Origin: Clostridia bacterium | Lineage (GTDB): Bacteria; Bacillota; Clostridia; DUPQ01 | NCBI GenBank assembly: GCA_016929655.1 | Contig: JAFGIJ010000125.1 | Location: 6,521 to 70,520, forward strand | Length of the DNA: 64,000 nt | Direction of reading: 5' to 3' | Part shown: in pieces, positions 8,962 to 19,457 of the stretch | Position numbering within the stretch: position 1 is the stretch's first letter | Layout: each line of letters starts with the position of its first letter | Notes under the pieces: generated by a model | The model's database searches: none | What the model saw: only the letters and a program-made list of their open reading frames with translations | What the model was told of the DNA's origin: nothing | Program-made: the position numbers and the translations under genes

Positions 8962-9951
8962 TCATGCCAGTCTCCCAAGCTGACCTGGCAGAACCTCAAA
9001 ATCAATGCTGCCATTATCCATGAATCTTCCTATTTCTTCAACAACAAGTGCACCGATCCTTTTCCTTCCATTTGTGACTGCACCTGCGATATGAGGTGTC
9101 AGAATGACATTGGGTATCAGCCTGAGTTCATTGAGTTCCGAAGGAGGTTCCGGATCGGTTACATCAATACAAGCAGAAATTCTTCCTTTTCGCAATTCAG
9201 TGATAAGGTCAGCTTCATTTATCAAAGTTCCGCGGGCAGTGTTTATCAAAATCGCACCATCCTTCATCATGGAAAGATTTTCAGCGTTTATCATATGCCT
9301 GGTAACAGGAAGTGAAGGAGCATGAATTGAAACCACATCACATACTGACATTAAATTCAGTAGACTCGATTTTTCAACTCCCATGGCAAGACAGCCGGCA
9401 TCATCCACTGTAGGATCGTACAAAAGGATTTCAACTTCAAAATTCTTCATTAGCCTGATATAATGCCTGCCCGCATGACCTGCACCGATTACACCTATTT
9501 TTAAATCATAAATATCCCTCACCGTATGGTTCTGACTGTTCCATCCCCCCATAGAAGTGAGTGTGTTGAGGTTGAATATATTTTTCAGCGATGCCAATGT
9601 CATTCCAAGTGCCGTTTCTGCCACCCCTTTTCCAAGTGCAGATGCTGCTGATGTAACTCTGATTCCTCTGGCCCATAGGTCATCAGTAACCAACCCTTTA
9701 ACTGACCCCGCCCCATGAACAACTAGTCCAAGACCGGGAGCTTCTCTTAGGATATCTTCCGTCAATGCCGGGCAATTCCATGATGTTATCGCAATATCTG
9801 CATCTTTTACCAGAAATGCAGCTTCTTCTGCAGTGGGACCCTCTGCTCTTTGATTTACTGAAAGCTCTCCAAATGCCTTCAATTGCCTGAAATGACCTTC
9901 AGTGAATATCTGATCCTGTCTTTCTTTGTTTGCAAGAATTGCTATTTTCAT
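8962..9951 (-). CDS. D-isomer-specific 2-hydroxyacid dehydrogenase (NAD-binding)
   Basis: GVIGAGHAGRHYIRL Rossmann motif and catalytic-region signature NTARGTLINEADL...LTPHIAG. Confidence 0.8.
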   Translation of the reverse strand: MKIAILANKERQDQIFTEGHFRQLKAFGELSVNQRAEGPTAEEAAFLVKDADIAITSWNCPALTEDILREAPGLGLVVHGAGSVKGLVTDDLWARGIRVTSAASALGKGVAETALGMTLASLKNIFNLNTLTSMGGWNSQNHTVRDIYDLKIGVIGAGHAGRHYIRLMKNFEVEILLYDPTVDDAGCLAMGVEKSSLLNLMSVCDVVSIHAPSLPVTRHMINAENLSMMKDGAILINTARGTLINEADLITELRKGRISACIDVTDPEPPSELNELRLIPNVILTPHIAGAVTNGRKRIGALVVEEIGRFMDNGSIDFEVLPGQLGRLA

Positions 9952-9955
9952 TTAA

Positions 9956-10678
9956 TCAACCAATCCCTTCCAGTTTGTCCATTGTTCTGAATTTTCGGTC
10001 AAATACCATTTCAATATATGCTGATGAAATGTTTTTTAGTTTAACGGCTGATTCCTTTGGAATTTCCAGCGAAAATAAAGCCCTGCCTTCTGATTCAGAT
10101 ATTTGTTCAATTGCCTGTCTTACATATACATCTGTCTCAATGCCCTGTATACAGCATGCAAACCCTCCTGAAGCCAATGAGAAATTTGTGCTTCTTGTTT
10201 TTTCCCCGCATACTGCACATTCATATAAAGCCGGAGCAAAACCCGATATAACCGCCGCCCTAAACTCATATATTCCCCTTAGAAGAATCTGGTTTACATT
10301 GCCTCTGGTCATTACATGAAGAGAATTCAGCAAAAACCGGATCATTTCTTCATCAGGGTGCTTTTCCATGATTATAAAAGAAGCGATATCAATAAAGTGG
10401 CAGGCAAGATAATACTTTTCAATGTCTTCAGCGAGCCCCGAATAATCATAAAGCCTTGTAGCTCCAGTAAGCACATAACGACCTTTGCTTTCTACAACCT
10501 CAAAGTACCCACAGAAAAACATACCCGATGCAAATGCAAGCTTTGCACCTTTTTTTCTTACACCTTTTGCCTTGATGGTGGCGGATCCCTCCTCAATTGT
10601 CAGCACAGTCAGCAACCTGTCACTCTCAAGGTAATCATTGGCTCTGACCACTATGCCCGTGAGCTTTTTATCCTTCAT
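9956..10678 (-). CDS. recO: DNA repair protein RecO
   Basis: 240 aa directly downstream of era (conserved era-recO linkage). C-terminal Cys cluster CAVCGEK typical of RecO. Confidence 0.8.
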   Translation of the reverse strand: MKDKKLTGIVVRANDYLESDRLLTVLTIEEGSATIKAKGVRKKGAKLAFASGMFFCGYFEVVESKGRYVLTGATRLYDYSGLAEDIEKYYLACHFIDIASFIIMEKHPDEEMIRFLLNSLHVMTRGNVNQILLRGIYEFRAAVISGFAPALYECAVCGEKTRSTNFSLASGGFACCIQGIETDVYVRQAIEQISESEGRALFSLEIPKESAVKLKNISSAYIEMVFDRKFRTMDKLEGIG

Positions 10679-11568
10679 TCACGATATCCCAGATCCTTTA
10701 ATACTGTATTGCTGTTGCGCCAGTCCTCCTTGACCTTTACCCAGAGCTGGAGAAAGACAGGAACCCCGAACAAAGCCTCAAGATCTGCCCGTGCCATGGA
10801 ACCTATTTTCTTCAGCATAGAACCTTTATTACCAATAATTATGCCTTTGTGTGATTTTCTTTCACAGTAAATCGTCGCATCAATATCTATAATATCCTTG
10901 TCTTCCCTGTCATGGAAAAGAGTTATTTCCACACCGGTTCCATGGGGTATTTCATCTCTGAGCAGCTGCAGTATCTTTTCTCTTATATATTCGGCCGCAA
11001 CCATCCTTTCAGGTTGGTCGGTGTAATCATCACCGTCAAAATACATGACGCCCTCCGGAAGCAATTTCCTGAGAATACCCGGCAATATATCCGTATTGTC
11101 TCCGTTCAAAGCACTTATTGGTACCACTTCGTGGAATTTCAGACTTGAGGAAAATGAGGTTATGGTGCGGAATACCTGTTCCTCACTAGCCTGGTCACAT
11201 TTGTTCACAACCAGAATGACAGGGGGTTTTATATCCCTCAACCGTTCAATGATCATGGAATCCGTTTTACCCGGACCAAGATCCGAAGCTTCGACTACAA
11301 AAATAACACCATCGGAATCATTCAATGAATCTATGGCTCTTTTTACCATGAATTCCCCAAGTTTACTTTTGGGCTTATGGATGCCTGGAGTATCCATAAG
11401 GATAATCTGGCTTTCTGCGTCAGTGATAATTGCCCTTACCGTATTTCTTGTAGTCTGAGGTTTTGCTGAAATTATTGAAACCTTCTTACCTGTCAGGGTA
11501 TTTATAAGAGTTGATTTTCCAACATTCGGCCGTCCTACGACGGCTATGAAACCTGATTTAAAAGCCAT
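10675..11568 (-). CDS. era: GTPase Era
   Basis: GFIAVVGRPNVGKSTLIN (G1), DTPG (G3), NKCD (G4), C-terminal KH domain. Confidence 0.95.
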   Translation of the reverse strand: MAFKSGFIAVVGRPNVGKSTLINTLTGKKVSIISAKPQTTRNTVRAIITDAESQIILMDTPGIHKPKSKLGEFMVKRAIDSLNDSDGVIFVVEASDLGPGKTDSMIIERLRDIKPPVILVVNKCDQASEEQVFRTITSFSSSLKFHEVVPISALNGDNTDILPGILRKLLPEGVMYFDGDDYTDQPERMVAAEYIREKILQLLRDEIPHGTGVEITLFHDREDKDIIDIDATIYCERKSHKGIIIGNKGSMLKKIGSMARADLEALFGVPVFLQLWVKVKEDWRNSNTVLKDLGYRE

Positions 11569-11964
11569 TCAGTCATTACCTCCGACATTGAATTCAAATG
11601 CATGGGGCAGTATTTCATCCATCCCGAACTCCTTGATTTCCCTATTCCTGCCTGATACAGCTATCTTGATATCAGCCACTGCAAATTCCTTGATGACCTG
11701 CCTGCATATGCCGCATGGCCAGGCATAATCATCTATATCACCGGTTATTGCGATTGCGGTAATCTTTTTTTCACCCGCAGAAACAGCTGATGTGATTGCA
11801 GACCTCTCAGCACATATAGTAGCTCCATATGAAGCATTTTCAACATTGGTTCCTGTATAAATCCTACCGCTTTCACATTCTACTGCGGCTCCTATTCTTA
11901 TACCTGAATAAGGCGAATATGAATTTTCAAGTGCTGCTTCAGCGGCTTTCATCAATTTTTCCAT
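11569..11964 (-). CDS. cdd: cytidine deaminase
   Basis: CAERSAI and PCGICRQ zinc-binding motifs, 131 aa. Confidence 0.9.
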   Translation of the reverse strand: MEKLMKAAEAALENSYSPYSGIRIGAAVECESGRIYTGTNVENASYGATICAERSAITSAVSAGEKKITAIAITGDIDDYAWPCGICRQVIKEFAVADIKIAVSGRNREIKEFGMDEILPHAFEFNVGGND

Positions 11965-11972
11965 TTTTGCTC

Positions 11973-12455
11973 CTATCTTATATATCCAAGTGACACCAGG
12001 ATATCTTCCTGCATTTCAATCATTTTATTTTCATCAGCAGCATTCATGTGGTCATAGCCAATGAGATGAAGCATGCCGTGACATACCAAAAATGCAAGTT
12101 CCCTCTCTTCAGAATGACCGTAATCCTCTGCCTGTGACTTCACCCGTTCCATTGATATAATCAGATCTCCCAGCATAATGCATCCTTTTTCCCTGTCTTT
12201 ATCAACTTCAGTATAGTTCAGTTTCCCATTTTTTGAATCAAGCAATGGAAATGACAGAACATCCGTAGCAGAATCAACTCTTCTGTACATAAGGTTCTTT
12301 TCCCTTATTCCGACATCATCAGTTAAATATACCCCTGCAAACAGGGATTCACTGTAAGCACGGGTACATTCATCACAAACCCTTTTTATTATTTCCTCGG
12401 TTTCATGTTCAATCAGAATCCCATCATCCTGATATATCTCCATTAACAGGCTCAT
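11973..12455 (-). CDS. ybeY: rRNA maturation endoribonuclease YbeY
   Basis: HGMLHLIGYDH metal-binding motif. Confidence 0.9.
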   Translation of the reverse strand: MSLLMEIYQDDGILIEHETEEIIKRVCDECTRAYSESLFAGVYLTDDVGIREKNLMYRRVDSATDVLSFPLLDSKNGKLNYTEVDKDREKGCIMLGDLIISMERVKSQAEDYGHSEERELAFLVCHGMLHLIGYDHMNAADENKMIEMQEDILVSLGYIR

Positions 12456-14580
12456 TTTTTATATTCTCCTTTGGTTCAGGATAATCAATTCTTTTATGGA
12501 AATAGCCACCGAATACTCTCAGAAATGCATTCGATATGTCATCGAAATCCTTCAGAGTGAGGTCGCAAAGGTCAAATTGTCCATCGTCAAGCTTGTTTTT
12601 TATCGCTTTTCTTATTATACCCTCTACCTCTCCCCTTGACAGGTCTTTTCCTGCCCTTACTATTGCCTCTACAGAATCTGCAAGCATGACAACCGCAGAT
12701 TCCTTGGATTTCGGCCGCTGGCCTTCATATCTGAATTCATCAGGATCCACATTCGATCCATACTGCTCGACCGCCTTGTTATAGAAATACCTGACCTGGG
12801 TGGTTCCATGATGCTCATTGATAAAATCTCTTATTGCATGGGGCAGCTTATATTTTTTTGCAATTTCATCGCCTTCTTTGGTATGACTTGTAATAACCAG
12901 CTTGCTTAATTCCGGTTTCATCTTGTTGTGGGGATTGTCCTTGCCCTGGTTCTCAGCAAAATATCCCGGTCGGCTCATTTTACCGACATCATGGTAATAT
13001 GCCCCAACTCGTGCAAGAAGGCCGTTTGCACCTATTTCGTTTGCTGCTTCCTCTGCCAGATTGCCCACCATAAGGCTATGGTGATAGGTTCCCGGTGCCT
13101 CCAGCAAAAGTTTCTTGAGCAGAGGTTGATTGGGATTTGAAAGTTCGAGAAGCTTGAATGGTGTAATTATGTTGAAAACTGATTCAAACAAAGGCATAAG
13201 ACCGATTACCAGAATAACTGAAATAACTCCTCCGGCAGTCAACGCCAGATAATCCATTACAATTTCAGTAGGATTGCTGTTGTGTGCCATTGTCAGTAAA
13301 AATAGTATAAGGGAGGACGCCAGACCCAATATCAACCCTGATGACAAAAGACGCATCCTGGAACTTAGCTTTCTTGCAAAGTATGCTGACATTGTTCCCG
13401 CACTTATAAGTATAGCAAGATATATTGTATCTGTTTTATAAATGAAGCTGATGAATACTGCGGTAACTGCTCCTACGATTATTGCAATTTTTTCATCTAC
13501 CAATATTGAAACCAGCATCGGCAGTACAAAAACCGGCAGATACAGGTAATATGTTCCCGGGACAAGATAAACAATGGCAAACAACATTACCTCGATTACA
13601 CATATTATAAGGATGTGTCTTTTTGTATAACTCTTTTTCCCCGAAAACAGCATCTTGAACATTATTACCGGAACCAAAAGAATAAGCAGCAGTCCGGAAA
13701 GCCCGATAAAAACTATTATATTAAAGGAAGCTCCCCCCATCAGGTTCATTTCAGTGAGTAATCTGATTGTCTGGGCATCAGCCTTTTCACCCTGGCGGAT
13801 GATCAAATCGCCTTCTTCAATTACAATAGGATTATTTTCGATGACATCTGCCCTTGCAGCTTCCCTCGCCGCTTCTGTTTCTTCTATATTTACTATACTG
13901 TTTATCCTAAGAAACGCAGCTGCAATATTATATGAGAATGTCCTGAGTCCGCTGTTGATGATGGCATATTCTGTTTCATCCTTGAATTCTTCAAGCAAAT
14001 CCTCCCTGTTGGCATCAAATACATTCCTGTTTTGTATGGATGAAAATGCCTCTGTTACTATTGACTTAAAATTATTGTACTCAGCTTCACTTATTCCATC
14101 CAGCAACGCCCGAACCTGCTCATATTTGATTGTTATTCCATATGTCATGCAGATGCTGATATATGAACTGATTCTGTTGTCAAGATACTTGGCAAAATCT
14201 CCGCCCTGAATCTTGTATTGCATTATCTCGCTTCTGTATGTATCTGTCCTGTCAAAGAAAATTGAAATGTCTTCAAATGAAGAAAAGGTTGCATCATGCC
14301 TGCTCACCAGGACCGGCTCAGTTTCAGCAGCAGCTTTTTCGGCAAGGGCCGTTGTTCCTGTTACATCGTAAAACTTGAAGGGTGCATAAACATCCTTGTT
14401 GGCATAACCCCCTTCGTCAAGTGTCTTCATAAAAGGAATTACCTTGAAATAGGCAGTGAATGCAAGTATTGCCAGGGTAATAAAAATAATAAGGGCAGCC
14501 AGTATATTATTTTTATTGAAAAATGAACCGATTTTCTTCATGTCAACCCTTCTTCCCGCTTCTGTTTTCATATTTGTCAT
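12424..14580 (-). CDS. pgpH: 7TM-receptor-HD (PgpH-type) membrane phosphohydrolase
   Basis: Multi-TM central region plus C-terminal HD domain (YYHDVGK). Conserved position between phoH and ybeY. The real start may be the internal MKKIGSF near 14541. Confidence 0.85.
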   Translation of the reverse strand: MTNMKTEAGRRVDMKKIGSFFNKNNILAALIIFITLAILAFTAYFKVIPFMKTLDEGGYANKDVYAPFKFYDVTGTTALAEKAAAETEPVLVSRHDATFSSFEDISIFFDRTDTYRSEIMQYKIQGGDFAKYLDNRISSYISICMTYGITIKYEQVRALLDGISEAEYNNFKSIVTEAFSSIQNRNVFDANREDLLEEFKDETEYAIINSGLRTFSYNIAAAFLRINSIVNIEETEAAREAARADVIENNPIVIEEGDLIIRQGEKADAQTIRLLTEMNLMGGASFNIIVFIGLSGLLLILLVPVIMFKMLFSGKKSYTKRHILIICVIEVMLFAIVYLVPGTYYLYLPVFVLPMLVSILVDEKIAIIVGAVTAVFISFIYKTDTIYLAILISAGTMSAYFARKLSSRMRLLSSGLILGLASSLILFLLTMAHNSNPTEIVMDYLALTAGGVISVILVIGLMPLFESVFNIITPFKLLELSNPNQPLLKKLLLEAPGTYHHSLMVGNLAEEAANEIGANGLLARVGAYYHDVGKMSRPGYFAENQGKDNPHNKMKPELSKLVITSHTKEGDEIAKKYKLPHAIRDFINEHHGTTQVRYFYNKAVEQYGSNVDPDEFRYEGQRPKSKESAVVMLADSVEAIVRAGKDLSRGEVEGIIRKAIKNKLDDGQFDLCDLTLKDFDDISNAFLRVFGGYFHKRIDYPEPKENIKNEPVNGDISG

Positions 14581-15505
14581 AAGCCTTTATAATCTTCTGT
14601 ACAAGCTCGTGACGCACAACATCTCTTTCTGTAAGATATGAAAAACCAACACCTTTAATATTCTTCAATATCTTTTCTGATTCAAGAAGGCCGGATTTTT
14701 TATCCCCAGGCAGGTCAATCTGTGTTATGTCTCCGGTAACAACCACCTTGGAATAGAAGCCCATCCTTGTAAGGAACATCTTCATCTGTTCCTTGGTAGT
14801 ATTCTGGGCTTCATCAAGTATTATAAATGAATCATCCAGAGTTCGTCCCCTCATATAGGCAAGGGGTACTATTTCTATCAACCCTTTTTCCTTGCATCTT
14901 TGGAAAGCCTCGGCCCCCATTATTTCGAAAAGTGAATCGTACAGCGGACGCAGATATGGATCAATTTTACTTTGAAGGTCTCCTGGTAAAAAGCCAAGTT
15001 TTTCTCCCGCTTCAACAGCCGGTCTGGTCAGGATAATGCGTTTGACCTGGTCTGATCTGAATGCAGTCACTGCCATTGCTACAGCCAGGAACGTCTTGCC
15101 GGTTCCTGCAGGCCCGATACCGAATACTATATCATTGTTCTTGATGTTATCAACATACTGCTTTTGGCCATATGTCTTGGATTTGATTGGCTTGCCATTT
15201 GCGTTGAGACAAACATAATCTGCAGGATACTCCCCGCTTTCAAAGGCACCTTCCCTTAACAATGTTGCAATATAAATGGAATTCTGCCTTGTGATTGCAT
15301 CGCCGTCACGGGCAATTCTCATAAGCTTTTCAATGACTTCAGTTGTCTTGAGGACAGCATCCTCTTCCCCGATTATTTTTATATCAGTTCCCCTTGGTAC
15401 AATATTAACACCCATTATTTCTTCAATGGCCTTTACATTTTCATCCTGGCTGCCGAACAGATTCATAACATGGTCAATGTTATCGAAACCAATTGTTTTT
15501 TCCAT
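14543..15505 (-). CDS. phoH: PhoH-like ATPase
   Basis: GPAGTGKTFLAVAMAV Walker A, KH-like N-terminus. Confidence 0.9.
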   Translation of the reverse strand: MEKTIGFDNIDHVMNLFGSQDENVKAIEEIMGVNIVPRGTDIKIIGEEDAVLKTTEVIEKLMRIARDGDAITRQNSIYIATLLREGAFESGEYPADYVCLNANGKPIKSKTYGQKQYVDNIKNNDIVFGIGPAGTGKTFLAVAMAVTAFRSDQVKRIILTRPAVEAGEKLGFLPGDLQSKIDPYLRPLYDSLFEIMGAEAFQRCKEKGLIEIVPLAYMRGRTLDDSFIILDEAQNTTKEQMKMFLTRMGFYSKVVVTGDITQIDLPGDKKSGLLESEKILKNIKGVGFSYLTERDVVRHELVQKIIKAYDKYENRSGKKG

Positions 15506-15782
15506 CCAATGCTTCCCTTCTCCTGCATCTTTACCGCCTAGACATTATATTATATATACCAGACAATGGCAATTAAGCTAACTCTATGCAAAAGGCACCT
15601 CGTCGGTGCCTTTGCTGATATCAGGGGGGTTGGGTCATTTGTCATTTGTGATGATATTCTCATCTGTTTCTTATAATTATTTGACGCAGATAAATGAATA
15701 TTGTTCCGCATGCCAAATAAATGATATTTCATCCATCTGAATGATGTATAATTATTTCTGCAAAAACAAAGGGGGAACTGCA

Positions 15783-16802
15783 ATGAATAAAAAGCAACGG
15801 GTCATCAACTCACTGAACCATAAAGAATCGGATATTATACCCTACGAAGTAGGTTTCACGATCCCACTCAGGGAAAAACTCGTCAGGTATTTCAATGATC
15901 CGGATTTTGATTCAAAAATTGAAAATCATATAAAGACCATTGGTTATTCCAAGGGGCACCGTGAAATAATCGGCAAGCCTGGGCATTTCGTGGACATGTG
16001 GGGAGTTGAGTGGAACCGCAGCGGACCCGACAAGGATATTGGAATCGTTGAGAATAAAATTCTTCAGGGAAATGACCCGACTGCTTTTGATTATCCGGAT
16101 ATAGATTTTGATGTCCTTGGTTCAGATATAGAAAAATTCATTGCTGACAATCCCGACACCTTCAATATTTTCTGTATAGGCTTTTCCCTGTTTGAAAGAG
16201 CATGGACACTCCGCGGAATGGAAAACCTTCTCATGGACATGATAATGGAACCTAACTTTGTCCATGATCTGCTGGACAGAATATGTGATTTCAATGTTAA
16301 ACTCGTCAAATTTGCATCACAGTTTGATATAGACGGAATCTATTTCGGAGATGACTGGGGACAGCAAAGAGGTCTCATCATGGGGCCGGTCATGTGGAGG
16401 GAATTCATAAAACCGCGGCTGAAACGAGCTTATTCAGAAGTTAAAAAAGGCAGGAAATATGTTCTTCAGCACTCCTGCGGGGATATCCTTGAGGTTTTTC
16501 CCGATATTATAGAATGCGGTCTTGATTGTTACCAGACATTCCAGCCGGAAATATATGACATTGAATATTGCAAGGCTGAGTTCGGCAATGACCTTTCATA
16601 CTGGGGTGCAATCAGCACCCAGGGTATGCTACCTTTTGAAACGCCCGAAGGCGTCAAACGGGAAATGACCCGGATCATGAGAATACTTGGAAAAGGCGGT
16701 GGCTATATAGCCTCTCCAACCCATGGAGTACCCTATGACGTTCCTGAGGAAAATATAAAGGCAATGCTTGACGTATTTGCCCATCAGGATAAATATTTAT
16801 AG
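15783..16802 (+). CDS. uroporphyrinogen decarboxylase (URO-D) family protein / MtaA-like methyltransferase family
   Basis: About 340 aa. RBS AAGGGGGA before the ATG at 15783. URO-D fold signatures (MWREFIKPR, HSCGD). Confidence 0.6.
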   Translation: MNKKQRVINSLNHKESDIIPYEVGFTIPLREKLVRYFNDPDFDSKIENHIKTIGYSKGHREIIGKPGHFVDMWGVEWNRSGPDKDIGIVENKILQGNDPTAFDYPDIDFDVLGSDIEKFIADNPDTFNIFCIGFSLFERAWTLRGMENLLMDMIMEPNFVHDLLDRICDFNVKLVKFASQFDIDGIYFGDDWGQQRGLIMGPVMWREFIKPRLKRAYSEVKKGRKYVLQHSCGDILEVFPDIIECGLDCYQTFQPEIYDIEYCKAEFGNDLSYWGAISTQGMLPFETPEGVKREMTRIMRILGKGGGYIASPTHGVPYDVPEENIKAMLDVFAHQDKYL

Positions 16803-16817
16803 GAAGCTTGGATATAA

Positions 16818-17435
16818 ATGGACTACAACGAATATGAAGAAAATGAAATAATTAAAATGGCCAACAGCGGGGATGACAGAGCCATGGAGTTTATCATGCA
16901 TCGTTATGGAAATCTTGCGAAAGCCAAGGCAAGAGCCTATTTTCTTATCGGTGCTGATAATGAAGATATCATACAGGAAGGTATGATAGGTCTGTATAAG
17001 GCGGTCAGGGATTTCAATCCAGAAAGAACCCCTATGTTCTACCCCTTTGCAGAACTTTGTATTACAAGGCAGATAATCACTGCAATAAAGACTGCTACAA
17101 GAAAAAAACACACCCCTTTGAATACATATATATCTTTAAGCAAGCCTGTCGGTACCGAGGGAGATGCCGACAGGACACTTGCTGACACGCTTTTTCAGTA
17201 CGGAAACAGGAATCCGGAGGAACTGCTGATCAGCAAGGAAAATACAAGGGACATTATGTCGGAGATAAAGAACTCGTTGAGCAAGCTTGAAAACAGGGTG
17301 CTTGATCTCTATCTCAAAGGTGAGGATTACAGGGAAATATCCAAGAAACTCGGAAGAACACCAAAATCAATGGACAATGCACTGCAACGCATAAAAAAGA
17401 AGATATCAGTGATCATTGAAAAGTATAAGGTTTAG
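16818..17435 (+). CDS. sigH: RNA polymerase sigma-H factor
   Basis: 205 aa sigma-70 regions 2 and 4 (DIIQEGMIGLYKAVRDF; C-terminal HTH YREISKKLGRTPKSMDNALQRIKKK). Followed by tRNA-Thr as in many Firmicutes. Confidence 0.8.
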   Translation: MDYNEYEENEIIKMANSGDDRAMEFIMHRYGNLAKAKARAYFLIGADNEDIIQEGMIGLYKAVRDFNPERTPMFYPFAELCITRQIITAIKTATRKKHTPLNTYISLSKPVGTEGDADRTLADTLFQYGNRNPEELLISKENTRDIMSEIKNSLSKLENRVLDLYLKGEDYREISKKLGRTPKSMDNALQRIKKKISVIIEKYKV

Positions 17436-17490
17436 AATTTTATTATAGACTAAGAAAAAATGTTGTGTTAAAATACTATTCGCTGATTAT

Positions 17491-17566
<76 letters not shown>

Positions 17567-17571
17567 GACAA

Positions 17572-17613
17572 AGTCCTGAGGTAACTTTTAAAGTAATTTC
17601 AGGACTTTTTTAT
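17572..17613 (+). terminator. rho-independent terminator after tRNA-Thr
   Basis: GTCCTGA...TCAGGAC stem followed by TTTTTTATT. Confidence 0.75.
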
Positions 17614-17722
17614 TGGTATTCACTGTCCCTGATCATCATATTTTCAACCTTGCTGAATTATATGGACAATGTGTGGTTTATGATATAGAATATGCAGGAT
17701 TTGAGAACAAGGAAGACAAGGT

Positions 17723-19369
17723 GTGCTTAAGAGATATATTGACCGTTTAAAGGTAGAATTCAGGAACTACAATACCAGGCGTTTTTCGAAAGATATGATG
17801 GCAGGTATTACTGTCGCTGCCGTTGCTCTTCCACTGGCACTTGCATTTGGGGTAAGCAGCGGAGCCGATGCAGCTGCAGGGCTCATTACAGCTGTTATTG
17901 CAGGATTTGTAATCAGTATATTGTCGGGGGCATCTTTTCAGATTTCCGGTCCTACCGGTGCAATGGCTGCGATCCTGATATCCATTACTTCAAAGTACAC
18001 AATGCAGGGGGTTTTCATTGTCAGTATTCTCGCAGGCATTATACTCCTTCTTGCAGGAATCCTTAAGTTTGGAAAACTCGTAAATGTAATACCCAGACCA
18101 GTTATAACAGGATTCACTTCTGGAATTGCCATAATAATCGCACTGGGACAGATAGACAATTTCTTCGGAACAACTTCTTCAGGCGAGAATGTTATTCAAA
18201 GGATATTTTACTATGTTCAACAGGGATTTGATGCGGACCTGCAGACAGTTGCAATAGGGGCTATTGTTGTACTCACCATGATATTCTGGCCCAAAAAACT
18301 GAATGCCCGGGTACCTTCCTCTCTTGTAGGTCTCGTTGCAGCCACGGCAATCAGTATTGTTTTTAAGTTTGATGTCGGCACAATCGGCGCAATCCCAAGG
18401 TCATTGCTGCCCGAAATACGTTTTAGTTTTACTGCATTTCAGATTTCTTCCCTGCCGGCTTTTATTTCACCGGCCTTATCCGTAGCAGCACTTGGAATGA
18501 TTGAAAGTCTTCTCTGCGGAACAAGTGCAATGAGGATGAAACAGGGTGAATCATTCGATGCAGACCAGGAATTGGTGGCACAGGGAATCGGGAATATCAT
18601 AGTTCCTTTCTTTGGTGGAATCCCCGCAACCGCAGCTATAGCAAGAACCAGTGTTGCAATAAAATCGGGAAGCGTAACACGTTTGACTGGAATTATTCAT
18701 GCACTTGTATTGTTGGCTTCCATGTTCCTTCTCAGTGATATCATGGCATTGATACCCTACCCTGCTCTGGCAGGCGTACTTATTGTTACTGCCTGGAGGA
18801 TGAATGAGTGGTCTGCAATAAAGAATATATTCAGGAAATATAACAGAAGTGCAGTTTTCAAATTTCTCATAACAATGACGGCAACTGTTGTATTCGATCT
18901 AACCGTAGCCATTCTCATCGGAATTATAGTTTCTGCATTTATATTTGTCATGAATTCATCCAAGCTGAAGGTTACTACTTCCAGTGTAAGGAATGAACTT
19001 CTCCACAGCGATGAGAATGACATTGAAGAGGGTCACGAGAAAACAACAGTCATCTACATCACCGGACCCCTGTTTTTCGGCAATGCAGAAAAACTGAACA
19101 GACAAATACAAAATGAAATCGACGGAGCCGGAAAATTGATTTTCTCAATGAGAGGTGTTCCTGTAATTGACACAACCGGCATTGAAGTTATGATGGATAT
19201 AGTCAGGGAATGCTCTGCCAAAAATATTACAGTCAATCTGTGCGGTCTGAATGATGATATTCAGAAACGGCTTGATCTGGCAGGTATAACGGAAATCATT
19301 GGTGAAAATGCGCATTTCTTCAGTGTCGACCGTGCACTTCTTGCAGCCAGGGTGCTAAAAGAAATTTAA
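17723..19369 (+). CDS. SulP-family anion (sulfate/bicarbonate) permease with C-terminal STAS domain
   Basis: GTG start with RBS AAGGAAG. Multi-TM core plus a C-terminal STAS-like region. Confidence 0.85.
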   Translation: MLKRYIDRLKVEFRNYNTRRFSKDMMAGITVAAVALPLALAFGVSSGADAAAGLITAVIAGFVISILSGASFQISGPTGAMAAILISITSKYTMQGVFIVSILAGIILLLAGILKFGKLVNVIPRPVITGFTSGIAIIIALGQIDNFFGTTSSGENVIQRIFYYVQQGFDADLQTVAIGAIVVLTMIFWPKKLNARVPSSLVGLVAATAISIVFKFDVGTIGAIPRSLLPEIRFSFTAFQISSLPAFISPALSVAALGMIESLLCGTSAMRMKQGESFDADQELVAQGIGNIIVPFFGGIPATAAIARTSVAIKSGSVTRLTGIIHALVLLASMFLLSDIMALIPYPALAGVLIVTAWRMNEWSAIKNIFRKYNRSAVFKFLITMTATVVFDLTVAILIGIIVSAFIFVMNSSKLKVTTSSVRNELLHSDENDIEEGHEKTTVIYITGPLFFGNAEKLNRQIQNEIDGAGKLIFSMRGVPVIDTTGIEVMMDIVRECSAKNITVNLCGLNDDIQKRLDLAGITEIIGENAHFFSVDRALLAARVLKEI

Positions 19370-19402
19370 CCCGACGGAAAATTTTTGAATTAAAAACAAA
19401 TA

Positions 19403-19441
19403 ACAAAAAAGCCGGCAATATCTGAACTACCGGCTTTTTGT
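19403..19441. terminator. bidirectional rho-independent terminator between convergent genes
   Basis: AAAAAAGCCGG...CCGGCTTTTTG flanked by an A-run and a T-run. Confidence 0.6.
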
Positions 19442-19457
19442 ATTTAGTGTGAACTTT

